Source: Microbacterium sp.
GTDB lineage: Bacteria; Actinomycetota; Actinomycetes; Actinomycetales; Microbacteriaceae
Direction: 5' to 3'
DNA length: 64,000 nt
Assembly (NCBI RefSeq): GCF_036566905.1
Contig: NZ_DATCVK010000169.1
Coordinates: 120 to 64,119, forward strand
Part shown: positions 48,166-59,816 of the stretch, one piece after another
Layout: each line of letters opens with the position of its first letter
How positions within the stretch are numbered: position 1 is the first letter of the stretch
The notes under the pieces: model-generated
Databases searched by the model: none
What the model saw: only the letters and a program-made list of their open reading frames with translations
Told to the model about the DNA's origin: nothing
Program-made: the position numbers and the translations under genes

Positions 48166-50001
48166 ATGAACGCCGCCGCGCTGCGCACCACGGTTCTCGT
48201 GGTGCTCGCCGCGGTGTTCCTCGTCGCCGGCACCCCGGTCGGGCCCGCACTTTCCTCCGCCGCATTCACCGCGAAGACCTCGAACGGCGCCAGCACGGTG
48301 GGCGCGGCCGCCGATTGGACCCCACCGACCGTGGCCGTCCAGCCGCCCGCCGGCGCTCTCCGCGACACGGCGACGATCACGGCCATCGCGTCGGACGCCG
48401 CGTCGGGCATCCGGAACGTCGTCATCTCGGTGCAGGCGGCCGGTGCCGCCACCTGGACGACTCTGTGCACGGCGACCGCGAGCCCGTACAGCTGCACGTG
48501 GAACACCCGCGCCGTCGTCGACGGCAGCTACGACGTGCGCGCTGTCGCGACCGACAACGCCGGCTACCCCGCCACGTCGGCGACCGTGCGCGTGACGGTG
48601 GCCAACACCGTCGTGGTCGAGCTCGCCGACCCGGGCGACACGATCCGTGGCACCGTCTCGCTCGCGACGAGCCTCCAGAACGCGGGGACCGCGACCCATG
48701 CCGTCGTCGTCGAATACGCCGCCGCCGGTTCCGGCGTCTGGAAGACCGCGTGCTCGACGTCGGCCGCGCCCTACACCTGCTCGTGGAACACCGGCACCGT
48801 GAAGGACGACTTCTACGACCTGCGCGCGACCGCGACCGCGAACGGCGTCACGGCGGTCTCAGCGCTCGTCACCGAGGTGCTCCTCGACAACGGCGCTCCG
48901 ACGGCGACCATGACCGACCCGGGTTCGCCGCTGCGCGGCACCGTGACCCTGGCGGCGACCGCGGGCGACGCCGCGTCCGGCGTCGCCCGCGTGGTCATCC
49001 AGTTCTCGGCGAACGGCGGCTCGACCTGGCAGGACGCGTGCACCGTCACCGCTCCCCCGTACTCCTGCCGTTTCTCGACGGCCGCGCTCGCGGGCGGCGG
49101 CTACCACTTCCGGGCGGTCGCGACGGATGCCGCCGGCAACAGCGGGATCTCGGCCGGCGTCGGTCCGCGCACCATCGACAACACCGTCGCGTCAGTCGCG
49201 ATGGAGGACCCGGGCGCATTCCTCGTCGGCACGGCGACGCTCACCGCGACGGCCAACTCCACGGCGGGCGTCGCCGGCGTGGCGATCCAGGTCGCGCCGA
49301 ACGGCACGACGAGCTGGACCACCGTCTGCACGCCGGCGGCCTCGCCCTTCGGTTGCGCATGGAACACCAAGTCGGTCGCGGACGGGCTGTACGACTTCCG
49401 CGCCGTCCTCACCGACTCGGCCGGCAAGCAGACGATCTCGGCGACGGTGACTGCTCGGCGCATCGACAACCGCGCGGTGCGCGGTGTCGATGTGCAGACC
49501 GCGAACGGCGGCGCGATCGCCGGCCGCCTGGACGCCGGCGACACGATGACCTTCACCTACAGCACCCAGATGAGCACCGCCTCGCTCAGCGCCGGCTGGA
49601 GCGGCTCGAGCATGCCGGTCACGCTGCGCCTGCGCGACGGCAACACGGCCGGCCTCGGTCTCGGCAACGCGGGCGACACGGTCGACATCCTGATCCCGGG
49701 CACCACCACGCCCGTGAATCTGGGCTCGGTGAACCTCAAGGGCGACTATCTCAAGAACAACAAGACGTCGACCTTCACCGCGACGATGAGCGCCACCACG
49801 GCCACCGTCAACGGCCTCCCGGTCACCGTGGTGCAGATCACCGTCGGCACGCTGATCTCGGGCGGTGCGCTGCGCACGGCGGCCACCATCTCGGCGGCGG
49901 CCATGATCTGGACGCCCTCGAGTGCGGCCACCGATCTCGGTGGCACCGCCTCTTCGAATGCCCCCGTCACCGAGGCGGGGGCCCTGGACAGGGAGTACTG
50001 A
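48166..50001 (+). CDS. Secreted Ig-like repeat protein with SipW-type signal peptide
   Basis: RBS AAGGAG; SSA|AFT cleavage motif; four Big-like repeats, each with C-x8-C (e.g. CTATASPYSCTWNT); distinct C-terminal domain. Confidence 0.85.
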   Translation: MNAAALRTTVLVVLAAVFLVAGTPVGPALSSAAFTAKTSNGASTVGAAADWTPPTVAVQPPAGALRDTATITAIASDAASGIRNVVISVQAAGAATWTTLCTATASPYSCTWNTRAVVDGSYDVRAVATDNAGYPATSATVRVTVANTVVVELADPGDTIRGTVSLATSLQNAGTATHAVVVEYAAAGSGVWKTACSTSAAPYTCSWNTGTVKDDFYDLRATATANGVTAVSALVTEVLLDNGAPTATMTDPGSPLRGTVTLAATAGDAASGVARVVIQFSANGGSTWQDACTVTAPPYSCRFSTAALAGGGYHFRAVATDAAGNSGISAGVGPRTIDNTVASVAMEDPGAFLVGTATLTATANSTAGVAGVAIQVAPNGTTSWTTVCTPAASPFGCAWNTKSVADGLYDFRAVLTDSAGKQTISATVTARRIDNRAVRGVDVQTANGGAIAGRLDAGDTMTFTYSTQMSTASLSAGWSGSSMPVTLRLRDGNTAGLGLGNAGDTVDILIPGTTTPVNLGSVNLKGDYLKNNKTSTFTATMSATTATVNGLPVTVVQITVGTLISGGALRTAATISAAAMIWTPSSAATDLGGTASSNAPVTEAGALDREY

Positions 50002-50790
50002 GTGAACCCGAATCACGACGACACCCCCGCGCGGCCTGACCCGGCCGACGATGAGAGCGTCGATAGCATCGACGTCGTGGGACAGCGCATTCTGGTCGTG
50101 GAGGACGACGACGGCATCGCGGTCCCGCTCGTGCGCACCCTCAGCCGTGAGGGGTACGAGGTCGAGCGCGTCGCGGAGGGGGCGACCGCCGTCTCCCGCG
50201 CGCTGGGCGACGGCTTCTCGCTGGTGGTGCTCGATCTGGGCCTTCCCGACATCGACGGCCTGGACGTGTGCCGCCAGCTCCGTGACGAGGGATTCGCGGG
50301 CGGCATCATCATCCTCACCGCGCGCGACGGCGAGCTGGACCGCGTGGTCGGCCTGGACGTCGGGGCCGACGACTACATCGCCAAGCCGTTCGCGCTGGCC
50401 GAGCTGCTCGCCCGCCTGCGCGCCCTGCTGCGGCGGAGCGCTGCGCCGCTCACACCCGCGGCGCCGGCGACAGCCGAGAGTGGAGCATCCACGGGCGCGC
50501 TCGCGGTCGACGCCGACGCACGCCGGGTGTTCTCCGGCGACCGCGAAGTGGCACTGAGCACCAAGGAGTTCGATCTGCTCGAGCTGCTCGACCGCAATCG
50601 CGGTGCCGTGGTGACCCGCGAGCGGCTCATGGACGAGGTGTGGGACGAGAACTGGTTCGGCTCCACCAAGACCCTCGACGTGACGATCGCCCGCCTGCGC
50701 CAGAAACTGGAGGATGCGGGCGCCGAGGCTCACATCACGACCATCCGCGGCGTCGGATTCCGGCTGGACGACGGGGCGGCGGATGCGTGA
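50002..50790 (+). CDS. OmpR-family response regulator
   Basis: LVVEDD, LDLGLP, GADDYIAKPF, LSTKEFDLL, TIRGVGFR. The start could be the GTG at 50077. Confidence 0.93.
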   Translation: MNPNHDDTPARPDPADDESVDSIDVVGQRILVVEDDDGIAVPLVRTLSREGYEVERVAEGATAVSRALGDGFSLVVLDLGLPDIDGLDVCRQLRDEGFAGGIIILTARDGELDRVVGLDVGADDYIAKPFALAELLARLRALLRRSAAPLTPAAPATAESGASTGALAVDADARRVFSGDREVALSTKEFDLLELLDRNRGAVVTRERLMDEVWDENWFGSTKTLDVTIARLRQKLEDAGAEAHITTIRGVGFRLDDGAADA

Positions 50791-52021
50791 ACGCCTCGTT
50801 CTGGCGTTCGTCGCCCTCGCCGTCGGCATCATCGCGCTGTACGGGATCCCCCGGGCGTACATCGTCGCCGATCTGATCCAGACGAGCGAGGAGCGCCGCG
50901 TCGTGCGCCTCGCGGACTTCCTGGCGGTGCTCATGGCGGAGCGCGAGGCGGAGGGCGCGGTGACCGAGGAGTTCCTCGAGCCGCTCCTCACGACCGGAGA
51001 GCGCATCGCCTACGTCGGCGCAGACGGCGAGCGGGTGCTGGCTGGAGCCGAGGCCCAGGCCGACGACATCACCGCCACCGCCGATGTCGAAGGCGGCGGG
51101 ACGGTCGAATTCGGCCGGTCGAGTGACGTCATCTCCGCCCGCGTGCAGGAAGCCGTGATGCCGGTCGTCGTGCTCGGGGTCGGCCTCATGATCGTGTCGG
51201 CGGTCGCCGGGGTGCTGCTCGCGCGGCGGCTGTCGAAGCCGTTCACGCAGCTTGCGACAAGGGCGGCGGACCTCGGCGACGGCTCGCTGGAGCTCGAGCC
51301 CGCAGACCTGCGCATCCCCGAAGCCCGTGCGATCGATCAGGCGCTGCGGGCCAGCGCGACGACTCTCGAGCAGCGCATCCGCCGCGAGCACGAGTTCGCG
51401 GCGAACGCCTCGCATCAGCTGCGCACGCCCATCACGGCGCTGCGCCTCGAACTCGAGGACCTCTCCCTGTGGCCGGAGACGCCACCGACCGTCCGCGAAC
51501 AGCTCGAGCACGCGCTCCGCGAGATCGACCGGCTGTCGGACGCGATCTCCGAACTCCTGCAGCTCGCCCGGGGCGGCACGCCGGGATCCGACGCGTGGCA
51601 GCCGCTCGCTCCGATGCTCGACCAGGCGGGGAATCGCTGGCGGCCGGACTCCGTCGCCCGCAAGCGCGCCATACGGGTCGACGCGTCGCAGGTCGGATCG
51701 GTGAACGCGCCGGCGCCCACGTCCCAGATCCTGGACGTGCTCGTGCACAACGCGCTGCAGCACGGCCGTGGCGACGTCACGGTCACCGCCGCCCGGGCGA
51801 ACGGCTACGTCACCGTGAGCGTGGCCGACGAGGGTCCCCGGCCCAGGGGCAATGCCATCTTCCAGCGCACGCCGGGCAGGAGCACCGGCGGGGGCGAGGG
51901 AATCGGGCTCGCACTGTCCGCGGAGCTCGCCGAAGCGCTCGGCGGGCATCTGCTGCTCGACTCGTCTCCCACGACGCGCTTCTCCCTCATCCTCCCGCCG
52001 CAGCCCGCCGTGAGCGCCTGA
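50783..52021 (+). CDS. Sensor histidine kinase (HAMP-HisKA-HATPase)
   Basis: 2 TMs, H-box ANASHQLRTP, N-box HNALQHG, DEGP, GEGIGL. Confidence 0.93.
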   Translation: MRERLVLAFVALAVGIIALYGIPRAYIVADLIQTSEERRVVRLADFLAVLMAEREAEGAVTEEFLEPLLTTGERIAYVGADGERVLAGAEAQADDITATADVEGGGTVEFGRSSDVISARVQEAVMPVVVLGVGLMIVSAVAGVLLARRLSKPFTQLATRAADLGDGSLELEPADLRIPEARAIDQALRASATTLEQRIRREHEFAANASHQLRTPITALRLELEDLSLWPETPPTVREQLEHALREIDRLSDAISELLQLARGGTPGSDAWQPLAPMLDQAGNRWRPDSVARKRAIRVDASQVGSVNAPAPTSQILDVLVHNALQHGRGDVTVTAARANGYVTVSVADEGPRPRGNAIFQRTPGRSTGGGEGIGLALSAELAEALGGHLLLDSSPTTRFSLILPPQPAVSA

Positions 52022-52111
52022 GCGAACAGCCTCGGGAGCCGCCGGCGCGCCGGCATCGTCCCACGACCGGCTTCTGCCGGATGGTGCGGCTGCGCGCTGC
52101 CGAAGCCTCAA

Positions 52112-52138
52112 TTTGCACGTTTAGGACGAAAGTGCAAA
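52112..52138. promoter_or_regulatory. Probable TetR operator
   Basis: TTTGCAC-N13-GTGCAAA inverted repeat immediately upstream of the TetR gene. Confidence 0.6.
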
Positions 52139-52148
52139 ACTGCATGAT

Positions 52149-54478
<2,330 letters not shown>

Positions 54479-54493
54479 CGGGGTGCGCTGGGC

Positions 54494-55315
54494 TCAGGCG
54501 CCGAAGCGGCGCTGCATCTCGGCATAGCCGAGCGCGCCGTCGAGGAAGCCGAGCGTGCCGGACTCCTTCAGTTCCCGTCCGGCGCGCTCGACGAGACTGA
54601 GCGCGGCACGGGCCAGGCCGCCGCCCACGCTCACCCGCGACACGCCGAGCCCGAACAGGGTGTGTGCCGGGATGACGTTCGCGGCGAGCCCGGCGACGAT
54701 GTTGAGGGGTGCGGGGATGGCGTCCGCGAGGCGCCGGATGGTCTCCTCGTCGTTCACTCCCGGGACGAAGATGCAGTCGGCGCCGGCACTGACGTAGCGG
54801 CGGGCGCGTTCGACGGTCTCCTCGAACGGGTCGCCGGCGACACCGCCGAAGTAGGTGTCGGTGCGGGCGTTCAGCACGAAGGTGCCGGTCGGCGCCGCGG
54901 CCCGCGCCGCGATCAGCCGTTCCACCGCCTCCTCGATGCCGAAGAGCCGGCCGTCCTGGGCGTCCTCGATGTTCGCCCCCGCGATGCCCATCCCCGCCGC
55001 CCGCGCCACGGTGCGGCCGACCTCGGCCGGCGAGTCGCCGTAGCCCGCCTCGAGATCGGCACTGACCGGCACGCCCACCGCCGCCACGATCTCGGCCACG
55101 CGCTCGAACATGGTGTCGGGATCCAGCGCATTCCCGTCGGGGACACCGCACGCCCAGGCGATCCCCGCACTCGTGGTCGCGATGGCCGGGAACCCCACCT
55201 GCTCGAGGATGCGGGCGGACCCCGCGTCCCACGCGTTGGGGATGATGAATCCGGGGCCGGCGTGCAGGACGAGCAGCGCCCTCGCCCGGCTCGTGAACCT
55301 GAGATCGTCGGCCAT
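54494..55315 (-). CDS. Isocitrate lyase/PEP mutase superfamily protein
   Basis: PNAWDAGSA, ATTSAG, VSADLEAGYG, NIED, NARTD, AGADCIFVPG. Confidence 0.9.
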   Translation of the reverse strand: MADDLRFTSRARALLVLHAGPGFIIPNAWDAGSARILEQVGFPAIATTSAGIAWACGVPDGNALDPDTMFERVAEIVAAVGVPVSADLEAGYGDSPAEVGRTVARAAGMGIAGANIEDAQDGRLFGIEEAVERLIAARAAAPTGTFVLNARTDTYFGGVAGDPFEETVERARRYVSAGADCIFVPGVNDEETIRRLADAIPAPLNIVAGLAANVIPAHTLFGLGVSRVSVGGGLARAALSLVERAGRELKESGTLGFLDGALGYAEMQRRFGA

Positions 55316-55411
55316 GGCATCTCCTGTCCTCGGGTCTGCGCCGCAGACGGCGGCAGCCAGTACGGTGTACGCACCGTATCAGCGGGTACCGCGCGGCGCC
55401 GCGGGCCGGGC

Positions 55412-57175
55412 TCAGTGCGTCGCCACGTGCTCCACCGTCTCGCCCGGCGAGTAGATGTCGAGGATGTTCCAGTGGCCGGTCGTGGGCGTCGGCACGTTCA
55501 CCATCGACACGTCGATCACCACCGGGCGCCCGAGCGCGATCGCACGCTCGAGGGCGGGCTTGAACTCCGCCGCTGACTCGACCTTGATGCCGGTCACCCC
55601 GTACGCCTCCGCGATCGCCGCGAAATCGGTGTACATCGGGTCGTCGGCGCTGCCGAACACCGTGCCGTAGGTCGTATCGAAGGCGGCCTTCTCGAGGCCG
55701 GCGATCGTGCCGAACGCGTTGTTGTTCATCACCACCCAGACCACGGGAACGTCCTGCTCGCGGGCCGTCGCGAGCACCGCCGGATTCTGGCCGAAGCCGC
55801 CGTCGCCCACGAGCGAGACCACCACGCGGTCCGGGCAGGCGATCTTGGCACCGACCGCGGCCGGCCCGCCGAAGCCCATGGTGGCGAACCCGCCGGGGGT
55901 GAGGAAGCTGCCGGGCGTGAGGATGTCGAACTGCTGCCCCACGCCGTTCTTGTTCCAGCCGACGTCCGTGGTGATGATCGCGTCCGCCGGCAGCACCTCC
56001 CTCGTCTCCGACAGGATCCGCTCGGGACGCATCGGCCACGCATCGGATGCCTGCGCCGGCGCGTTCTGGAGCTTCAGGGTCGCGCGGTTCGCCGCGATCT
56101 GCGAGAGCAGCTCGGTGCGCCGCACGCCGTCGGGAGCCAGGCGGCGGGCCACGCGCAGCAGCACGGCGAGCGCGGACTTCAGGTCGGCCAGCGCGCCGAT
56201 CTCGAGCGGGTAGTTGCGGCCGAGCTCGGCGGGGTCGACGTCGATCTGCATGAGCTTCGTGCCCGGGATGTCGAACGTGTACTCGGCGTACCAGGAGCTC
56301 GAATCCGCCTCTGCGAACCGCGTTCCGAGCGCGAGGATCCAGTCCGCTGTCCGAGTGGTCTCATTCGTGAACGCCGTCCCCCAGAACCCCGTCATCCCGA
56401 GCACCAGCGGGCTGTCGTCCGGCACTGCGCCCTTGCCCATCAGGCTGTGCGCGACGGGGAGCGAGAGCAGCTCGGCGAACTCGGCGAGCTCAGAGGCGGC
56501 TCCGGCGGCGACGATGCCGCCGCCGACGTACAGCACCGGCCGTTCGGCATACAGCAGGTTCTGCACGATGCGTTCGGCGATCGCCTCGTCGAGGCCCGGC
56601 TTCACGAGGGCTCGGGTGTTGCCGATCACCCGGTCGAAGAGGGCGACGTCGATCTCGGCCGAGAAGACGTCCATCGGGACGTCGACGAGGACGGGACCGG
56701 GACGCCCGCTCTCCGCCAGCGTGAAGGCCTTGTCGAGCACTTCGGCGATCAGGTGCGGCTGATCGACGCGCCACGCGCGCTTGACGAAGGGCCGGTAGAT
56801 CTCGTACTGCGCCGCATCGGCGTGGAGGTTGATCTCCTGGTGCGGGTGCTTGCCGAAGTAGTGCGTCGGGATGTCGCCGGCGATGACGACCATCGGGATC
56901 GAGTCGAGGGCAGCGTTCGCGACACCGGTCGTGGCATTGGTCAGACCGGGGCCGAGGTGCGTGAGGACGACTCCCGTCCGCCGCGCGGCCCGCGCGTAGC
57001 CGTCCGCCGCATGCGCGGCGATCTGCTCGTGCCGCACGTTCACGAAGGAGATCCGTTCGCTCTTCTCGAGCGCCGCGAGCAGCGCGATGTTCGTGTGGCC
57101 GCAGAGGCCGAAGACATGCTCGACCTCACGTGCTTCCAGGTAGCGAACGATCTGGTTCGAGACCAGGTCCCTCAT
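55412..57175 (-). CDS. Thiamine diphosphate-dependent enzyme (ALS/glyoxylate carboligase-like)
   Basis: RHEQIAAHAADGYAR, GPGLTN, GRPGPV, ATMGFG, ThDP motif GDGG...NN. Confidence 0.92.
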   Translation of the reverse strand: MRDLVSNQIVRYLEAREVEHVFGLCGHTNIALLAALEKSERISFVNVRHEQIAAHAADGYARAARRTGVVLTHLGPGLTNATTGVANAALDSIPMVVIAGDIPTHYFGKHPHQEINLHADAAQYEIYRPFVKRAWRVDQPHLIAEVLDKAFTLAESGRPGPVLVDVPMDVFSAEIDVALFDRVIGNTRALVKPGLDEAIAERIVQNLLYAERPVLYVGGGIVAAGAASELAEFAELLSLPVAHSLMGKGAVPDDSPLVLGMTGFWGTAFTNETTRTADWILALGTRFAEADSSSWYAEYTFDIPGTKLMQIDVDPAELGRNYPLEIGALADLKSALAVLLRVARRLAPDGVRRTELLSQIAANRATLKLQNAPAQASDAWPMRPERILSETREVLPADAIITTDVGWNKNGVGQQFDILTPGSFLTPGGFATMGFGGPAAVGAKIACPDRVVVSLVGDGGFGQNPAVLATAREQDVPVVWVVMNNNAFGTIAGLEKAAFDTTYGTVFGSADDPMYTDFAAIAEAYGVTGIKVESAAEFKPALERAIALGRPVVIDVSMVNVPTPTTGHWNILDIYSPGETVEHVATH

Positions 57176-58032
57176 GAGGTGCTCCTTCTTTCGTCGCCGG
57201 CGACCGGGACTGATCGGCGCGCCGGCCCCGTGTAGGTGTATCCGATGGATTTGGGCATCGGTCCCTTGATCCGGCCGCCCTGCGTCATCTGCTCGGCGGC
57301 GTGCGCGAGTATCCCCACCGACCGCGCGAGGATGAACACCCCGCGGCCGAGCTCCGGGGTGAACCCCAGCTCGCAGTAGATGACGGCTGTCACGCCATCG
57401 ACGTTCATGGGGATCCGCTGGGGGCGCCCGGCGCTGATGGCGTCCTCGACGGCACGGCCGATCGCCGCGAAGCGACCGTCGACGGTGCCCCCGGCGGCCG
57501 CTGCGTCGACGAGCGACAGCAGACGCGGCGTGCGCGGGTCGAGCGGATGGAACCGATGACCGAAGCCCGGGATGTAGGCGACCCCGGCGTCGCGCTGACG
57601 CTGCAGCACGACGCGCGTCGCCTCCCCGAGGTCGCCCGTCCGCCGGAGTTCCTCGTCGATCGCGAGATACACCTCCATGCACTGCTGGCCAGGACCGCCG
57701 TGCACGTCGCCCAGCACGTTGATCGCGGAGGCCATCGCCCCGTTGATGGGCACGCCGCAGGTCGTCGCCATGCGGGCGATCGCGATCGACGGCGCCTGGG
57801 GACCGTGGTCGACGGAGGCGACGAGCGCCGCCTCGAACAGAGCCGCCTCCTCGGGCGAGGGAAGCTCGCCGCGCAGCATGAGCCAGATGGTGTCGACGAA
57901 GCCGACCCTGCCGAGGAGCTCCTCGATCGGATAGCCGCGCAGCGCGATCTCGCCGGGATGCACGTCGATGATGTCGGTCCGCCACCACTGCCGCGCCTCG
58001 TGGACGATGTCCTCAGCGGACTCCTCGCTCAT
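57172..58032 (-). CDS. Citryl-CoA lyase-like protein (citrate synthase fold)
   Basis: RGYPIEEL, DHGPQAPS, HGGPG, IPGFGHRFH, MNVDG, RSVG; ATGA overlap with the ThDP gene. Confidence 0.88.
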   Translation of the reverse strand: MSEESAEDIVHEARQWWRTDIIDVHPGEIALRGYPIEELLGRVGFVDTIWLMLRGELPSPEEAALFEAALVASVDHGPQAPSIAIARMATTCGVPINGAMASAINVLGDVHGGPGQQCMEVYLAIDEELRRTGDLGEATRVVLQRQRDAGVAYIPGFGHRFHPLDPRTPRLLSLVDAAAAGGTVDGRFAAIGRAVEDAISAGRPQRIPMNVDGVTAVIYCELGFTPELGRGVFILARSVGILAHAAEQMTQGGRIKGPMPKSIGYTYTGPARRSVPVAGDERRSTS

Positions 58033-58063
58033 CGTCTCCTGCTCTCTGTCATGGCCGTCGTGG

Positions 58064-59512
58064 TCATCGAGCAGCCGCGGTCGCGTCCGCCGACTCCAGC
58101 GCGGCGTCGTAGAAGTCTCCGAACAGCTCCTCGTCGGAGGGCCGGTCCTCCGCGATCGTGCGCGAGACCCACGTCGTGTTCAGGTAGTGGCGCAGCGAGA
58201 CGTTCTCGGACGTGATGTTGCCGCCCCACGTGCCGCACCCCATCGACGAGGTCATCGGCATCCCGTTGGTGAACGATCCGGCGTTCGCCTTCGAGTTCGG
58301 CTGACGCACCATGATCCGCGAGACCGGCATGTGCCGTGCGAAGTAGTCGATGTGCGCGTCGTCGGCCGATGCGATACCGCAGGAGTGGCCCTTGCCGCCG
58401 ATGTCGTACAGCCGCTTGGCGAGCTCGACACCGTCTTCGAAGCCGCCCTCGTAGGCGTGGACCGCCATCAGGGTGGTGAGCTTCTCTTTGCAGAACTGCC
58501 GGTCCTCGGCGATGCCGTCGCCCTCGACCACGATGAACCGGATCTCCGGCGGGATGTCGAAGCCCGCGGCTCGCGCGAGCTTCTGCGGCGAGATGGCGAC
58601 GGTGTCGGGCAGCCGATGCCCCTCGTCGTCCCACATCACCGCCTGCAGGGCGGCGCGCTCCTCCGGGCTCGCGAGATGACCGCCTTCGGCCTGGAGCGCC
58701 TCGAGCATCTCGCGATATCGGGAGGCGGGCACGAGCACGTTGCCGTCGGCCGAGCAGCCCGATCCGAAGTCGGATGTCTTCGACAGCATGCAGTTGCGCG
58801 CGGTCTCGCGGAGGTCCGCGGTCTCGTCGACGAACTCCGTCGCGTTGCCGGCGCCGACGCCGTATGCGGGTGTCCCCGAGCTGTACGCCGCGCGCACCAG
58901 CCCTTGGCCGCCGGTGGCGATGACGAGGTCGGCGCGCCGCATGATCTCCTGCGACGCGGCGAGGCTCGGAAGCGTGATGCACTGCAGGATGTCGGCAGGA
59001 GCCCCCTCCGCCTCGAGCGCCTCGCGCATGAGCCGGACGGTCTCGAAGGTCGTGTGCTTCGAACGCGGGTGCGGCGAGAACACCACGACATCGCGCGCCT
59101 TGATCGCATAGATGGCGTTGCCGGCGGGCGTGAGGTCGGGGTTCGTCGTCGGGACGACGCAGCCGATCACACCGACGGGCTTGCCGTACTTGACGAGGCC
59201 CTTCTCGACATCCTCTTCGATGATCCCGACGGACGGGCTGCGCAGCGCGTCGCGGAGGACGCCGCGGATCTTCATCCGCTTGTTCATGCGGCTGTCGAAG
59301 TCGCCGAGGCCGGACTCCTCGATGCCCATCTCGACCAGGCGATGGAACGACGAGCGATTGGCCACCGCCCACGCGACCGCGCGGATCAGCCGGTCGACAC
59401 GGGCCTGGTCGTAGGTCTCGATGATGGCGAGGGCCGCCTGCGCGCGGGCGAAGACCTCGTCGAGCTCCTGCTGCTGCTCGGGCGACAGGGATTTCAATGC
59501 TGAAGCAGCCAT
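58064..59512 (-). CDS. CoA-acylating aldehyde dehydrogenase (SauS/AdhE-N-like)
   Basis: KPVGVI..VVPTTNP, SPHP, ATGG, GVGAGN, catalytic Cys in SKTSDFGSGCS, EKL, GCGTWGGN. Confidence 0.85.
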   Translation of the reverse strand: MAASALKSLSPEQQQELDEVFARAQAALAIIETYDQARVDRLIRAVAWAVANRSSFHRLVEMGIEESGLGDFDSRMNKRMKIRGVLRDALRSPSVGIIEEDVEKGLVKYGKPVGVIGCVVPTTNPDLTPAGNAIYAIKARDVVVFSPHPRSKHTTFETVRLMREALEAEGAPADILQCITLPSLAASQEIMRRADLVIATGGQGLVRAAYSSGTPAYGVGAGNATEFVDETADLRETARNCMLSKTSDFGSGCSADGNVLVPASRYREMLEALQAEGGHLASPEERAALQAVMWDDEGHRLPDTVAISPQKLARAAGFDIPPEIRFIVVEGDGIAEDRQFCKEKLTTLMAVHAYEGGFEDGVELAKRLYDIGGKGHSCGIASADDAHIDYFARHMPVSRIMVRQPNSKANAGSFTNGMPMTSSMGCGTWGGNITSENVSLRHYLNTTWVSRTIAEDRPSDEELFGDFYDAALESADATAAAR

Positions 59513-59816
59513 GACAACTCCGTCCATGGGCGTGGGTGCCGATCGCCGCATGCTATGCAGACGCCGCCGTCGACGACAAAGCGTGTCCCACTGGGCAGAA
59601 AGGTCGGGATCCGCGCTGCTCGACGTCCCTGAGCGGCACGGTGCTGTACCACTCGATGGGCCGCGAGGTTGCCGCCTCCTCGGGCCGGGGTTAGCGTCCG
59701 AGCGCCGGCCGGTATGGCCGATCCCCCAGGTCGGAGCCGGACGGCATTCCCCACAGCGGCGTCGGGGAGGCGCGAGCCCATCCGCCGCCGGATCGAAGAC
59801 GATCAAGGAGCAAGGG

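Noticed and set aside
55412-57175. Calling the ThDP enzyme Xsc or IlvB
   Set aside because: The N-terminus (FGLCGHT) does not match the Xsc or IlvB patterns I recall, and there is no adjacent pta or ilvN/ilvC.
54494-59512. Phosphonate biosynthesis cluster (PEP mutase + ThDP decarboxylase + dehydrogenase)
   Set aside because: The ICL/PEPM protein lacks the EDKxxxxxNS PEP-mutase signature, and the ThDP enzyme is a three-domain ALS-like protein, not a phosphonopyruvate decarboxylase.
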